51,658 nucleotides of DNA from NCBI GenBank assembly GCA_964427515.1, contig CAYRUX010000255.1, forward strand, positions 1-51,658, written 5' to 3'. Made by a program: the position numbers and the translations under genes. This DNA comes from an uncultured Rhizobiaceae bacterium. Its GTDB lineage: Bacteria; Pseudomonadota; Alphaproteobacteria; UBA828. Below, one piece after another: positions 49,420 to 51,658 of the stretch (its first letter is position 1; every line of letters begins with the position of its first letter). The notes below the pieces were generated by a model, which worked only from the letters and a program-made list of their open reading frames with translations, was not told where the DNA came from and searched no databases.

Positions 49420-51132
49420 TTAAATATTCATATTTAATACTTGAGTTGCAAATTCTGCAGTAGTATCGCGGTGCGTGATTGAGATAATCATCATTTCAGG
49501 GTAGGCGCTACGAATATTTTTAAAAATTCTTTTTTCAGTTTCTATATCGACATTAGAGGTTGCTTCATCCAAAAACAGTACCTTGGGTTCCTTTAACAAC
49601 GCTCGTGCCAACGAAATTCTTTGTTTCTGCCCAGCCGAAATTCCTTCTCCACCCTCTTTGAGGAAGTAAGACAGACTACCATCAATTTGGTTAATAAATC
49701 CACACTCAGCAACGTCCAAAGCCCTTTGTATATCGTCATCTTTTCCAGCCTTAACATTTTGTCCTAAGCGAATATTTTCCTCTATCGTTCCATCAAATAA
49801 GTAGGGATCTGATCCGGAAAAAGAAACATGACTGCTAAACAACTTTTGATTTACATTTAAAATATCTACATTATTCCACAATACATTTCCTTTAATGGGC
49901 CGCAGTAATCCAAGGATTGTATACAAAAGTGTCGTCTTACCTGACCCTGACTTACCGTTGATTAAAAGAATATCACCTTGTTTTAAGGATATATCTATAC
50001 CCTCAAAAAGAGTTTCTTCACGACCGACACTTAAATTTGTAGCCACGAAAGTATTAGGCTCCGAAATATCTATACCCGACCCTTTAGTTAAAGATTTTAT
50101 TTCCCGCAATAGTATTGGATTATATGTTATTAATTTAACAGTCATCGGCTTTGAAAGCTGATATCTTCCGTAACTTCCTGTTAATTCGCTTAGAGCCGTC
50201 GCAACACGGCTCAAGAAATATATAAACGGAATGAGCGCGGAATCTAATACAAATCGATACTCATAATTCAGTGCAACGATAAGAACTACTACAAAAACAG
50301 TAATTAAACCCGGCCACACCATATTGCCAAAAAATACAATGTTATATTTGTTAACGTATTTAAAAGCATCAGACGTATATTGATCTAATTTATTTCTTTC
50401 TGTTTGTACCTGCCCACTAAGTTTGAGATAAACTACATTCCGAACACTCCTAACTATATCCTCCGTATAGTTGGCTGAGACCTGATAAAACACATTAGAC
50501 AATCTAACAAATAGCTTCCTAAAATAAATTGTCGGCACACCAAATGCTATTATTAGCGCTATGGATATGAGACTCAGCTCAACTGAAAGAAAAAATAAGC
50601 CAACAAGTAGAAGTATTAATCTAATAATTGAAATAGTAGCGGAAGTTATAGAATGCAGAAATTGTGCCGTTCCAGGGGCTAGAACAGACATTATATTGTT
50701 AATATTAGCAACGGATAACAAAGAAACTTCACCGCCCTCTCTCAATGTCTCACGATTTACAAGTTTTCGTATTCTTCTCGTAAAAAACTGAATAACTAAG
50801 GGTGGTAAAAGCAGCGACAAATACTTGAGACCCGTCATAAGTATGCCAATAACCAGTACAAATATTAGGGGCATCCAATCCCCGCCTGGCAACCAACTTG
50901 TATAATTTTTTTCTAATGGAACTAAACCATATGTCGATAGGAATTGTTCAAGAGCCAAGCCAAATACTATCTCAGCCAATCCAAGTCCGATCCCAGTCAA
51001 CACTCCCAACCCGCAAAATAGTACGACCCATCGACCTGAAAGGTCGATCAATTCCTTAACAAAAGTAATAGGTTTTTGTCGTAATTTCATGAAGCTGCTC
51101 GTAGACATTTTGTGTAGCGGGCCACATTTCAT
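49420..51132 (-). CDS. ABC exporter, fused TMD-NBD (PglK/MsbA-like)
   Basis: N-terminal TM helices, Walker A GKSGSGKTT, signature ISAGQKQR, Walker B LFLDEATS and H-loop ITHR. Start uncertain. Confidence 0.9.
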   Translation of the reverse strand: MKCGPLHKMSTSSFMKLRQKPITFVKELIDLSGRWVVLFCGLGVLTGIGLGLAEIVFGLALEQFLSTYGLVPLEKNYTSWLPGGDWMPLIFVLVIGILMTGLKYLSLLLPPLVIQFFTRRIRKLVNRETLREGGEVSLLSVANINNIMSVLAPGTAQFLHSITSATISIIRLILLLVGLFFLSVELSLISIALIIAFGVPTIYFRKLFVRLSNVFYQVSANYTEDIVRSVRNVVYLKLSGQVQTERNKLDQYTSDAFKYVNKYNIVFFGNMVWPGLITVFVVVLIVALNYEYRFVLDSALIPFIYFLSRVATALSELTGSYGRYQLSKPMTVKLITYNPILLREIKSLTKGSGIDISEPNTFVATNLSVGREETLFEGIDISLKQGDILLINGKSGSGKTTLLYTILGLLRPIKGNVLWNNVDILNVNQKLFSSHVSFSGSDPYLFDGTIEENIRLGQNVKAGKDDDIQRALDVAECGFINQIDGSLSYFLKEGGEGISAGQKQRISLARALLKEPKVLFLDEATSNVDIETEKRIFKNIRSAYPEMMIISITHRDTTAEFATQVLNMNI

Positions 51133-51475
51133 AGTGCAATAGGTTTATGTATCCCCAGTCGCTTCTCAATAAAATGCTAACCCATTTTCAAAATTACCTC
51201 TTAGCAATTTTACCTGATTGGAACGAATTTTAGAGTTGACTAAAATGAGCACTCTTCAATTCACTAGTTACTCACAGGCTATACTCCCTGACTACAGATA
51301 GTATAACAAAAATTACCTAACACATTGTAATATGGTTTTATTCCAAGCCAATTAACTTTATGGTGTTCTTGTAACATTTAAGGGGCAACAAACAACTTTT
51401 AAGTTAAGCTGTTACCCAGAAATCATCCAATATTATGGCAAATAAGCTTATACTATCATCTTTTAGATGCCTCAA

Positions 51476-51658
51476 TCATGGCAATTTTGACGAACGTTGA
51501 GAAATGACCCTTCTGATCAGCACTACGATCAAAACTGCAATGACACCTAGAACCAGTCGAATAAGTACATTCGGATCAAAAGGTTTTTCACTGACTACCG
51601 GTGTCAGAATAACTACGGTGGGAGCGATACCCAGAGTCTAATCCATTGATATTAAATA
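51476..51658 (-). pseudogene. Possible 3' end of a Wzz/chain-length-determinant-like membrane protein with an in-frame TAG at 51638-51640
   Basis: Frame reads YLISMD*TLGIAPTVVILTPVVSEKPFDPNVLIRLVLGVIAVLIVVLIRRVISQRSSKLP*: a Pro-rich segment, a TM helix and a basic tail. Confidence 0.35.

Noticed and set aside
931-50791. Numerous 60-170 aa antisense or overlapping ORFs in the track
   Set aside because: They are shadows of well-supported genes on another frame or strand and show no recognisable motifs.
11427-51640. Stop-codon reassignment or programmed readthrough explaining the in-frame TAA/TAG codons
   Set aside because: The expected residues differ (Lys at 11427, Ser at 29553), both TAA and TAG are involved, and most intact genes here end normally at TAA or TAG.
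1-51658. CRISPR arrays, tRNA/rRNA, IS elements, integrases, defence systems
   Set aside because: No periodic repeats, RNA-gene signatures or transposase/integrase/nuclease motifs were seen by eye. An Infernal/tRNAscan run would be needed to exclude small RNAs in the gaps.

Overview
AT-rich bacterial window, probably from an alphaproteobacterium (inferred from the style of the hydantoinase/oxoprolinase genes, not confirmed). Bases 1-4.6 kb carry catabolic genes: a hydantoinase/5-oxoprolinase A (partial) and B pair, and two divergent acetoacetate-decarboxylase-fold genes that both lack the canonical Schiff-base lysine. The remaining ~47 kb is one large mosaic surface-glycan (LPS/capsule/glycoprotein) locus with strand blocks + / - / + / -. 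It contains sqdB with a 2OG-Fe(II) oxygenase and GT4, two tandem bi-domain oxidoreductases, a B12-binding radical SAM enzyme, five further methyltransferase-like genes, DUF218, WecA-like and Wzy/WaaL-like genes, wecB/wecC, asnB, and neuB/neuC/CBS/neuA with a capsule-synthesis-type transferase. It also holds a tightly coupled ~12 kb module for an unknown sugar: C-methyltransferase, nucleotidyltransferase-PfkB fusion, two SDRs, HAD, APH-like kinase, split transketolase, 'sporadic carbohydrate cluster' oxygenase and partner, methyltransferase, RmlD-like reductase and WbuC cupin. An ABC exporter lies upstream of that module. Two genes are interrupted by in-frame stops without frameshift (second oxidoreductase, asnB), and a Wzz-like tail at the right edge has another. 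I saw no rRNA, tRNA, CRISPR array or mobile element. All family calls come from motif recognition by eye; no searches were run.
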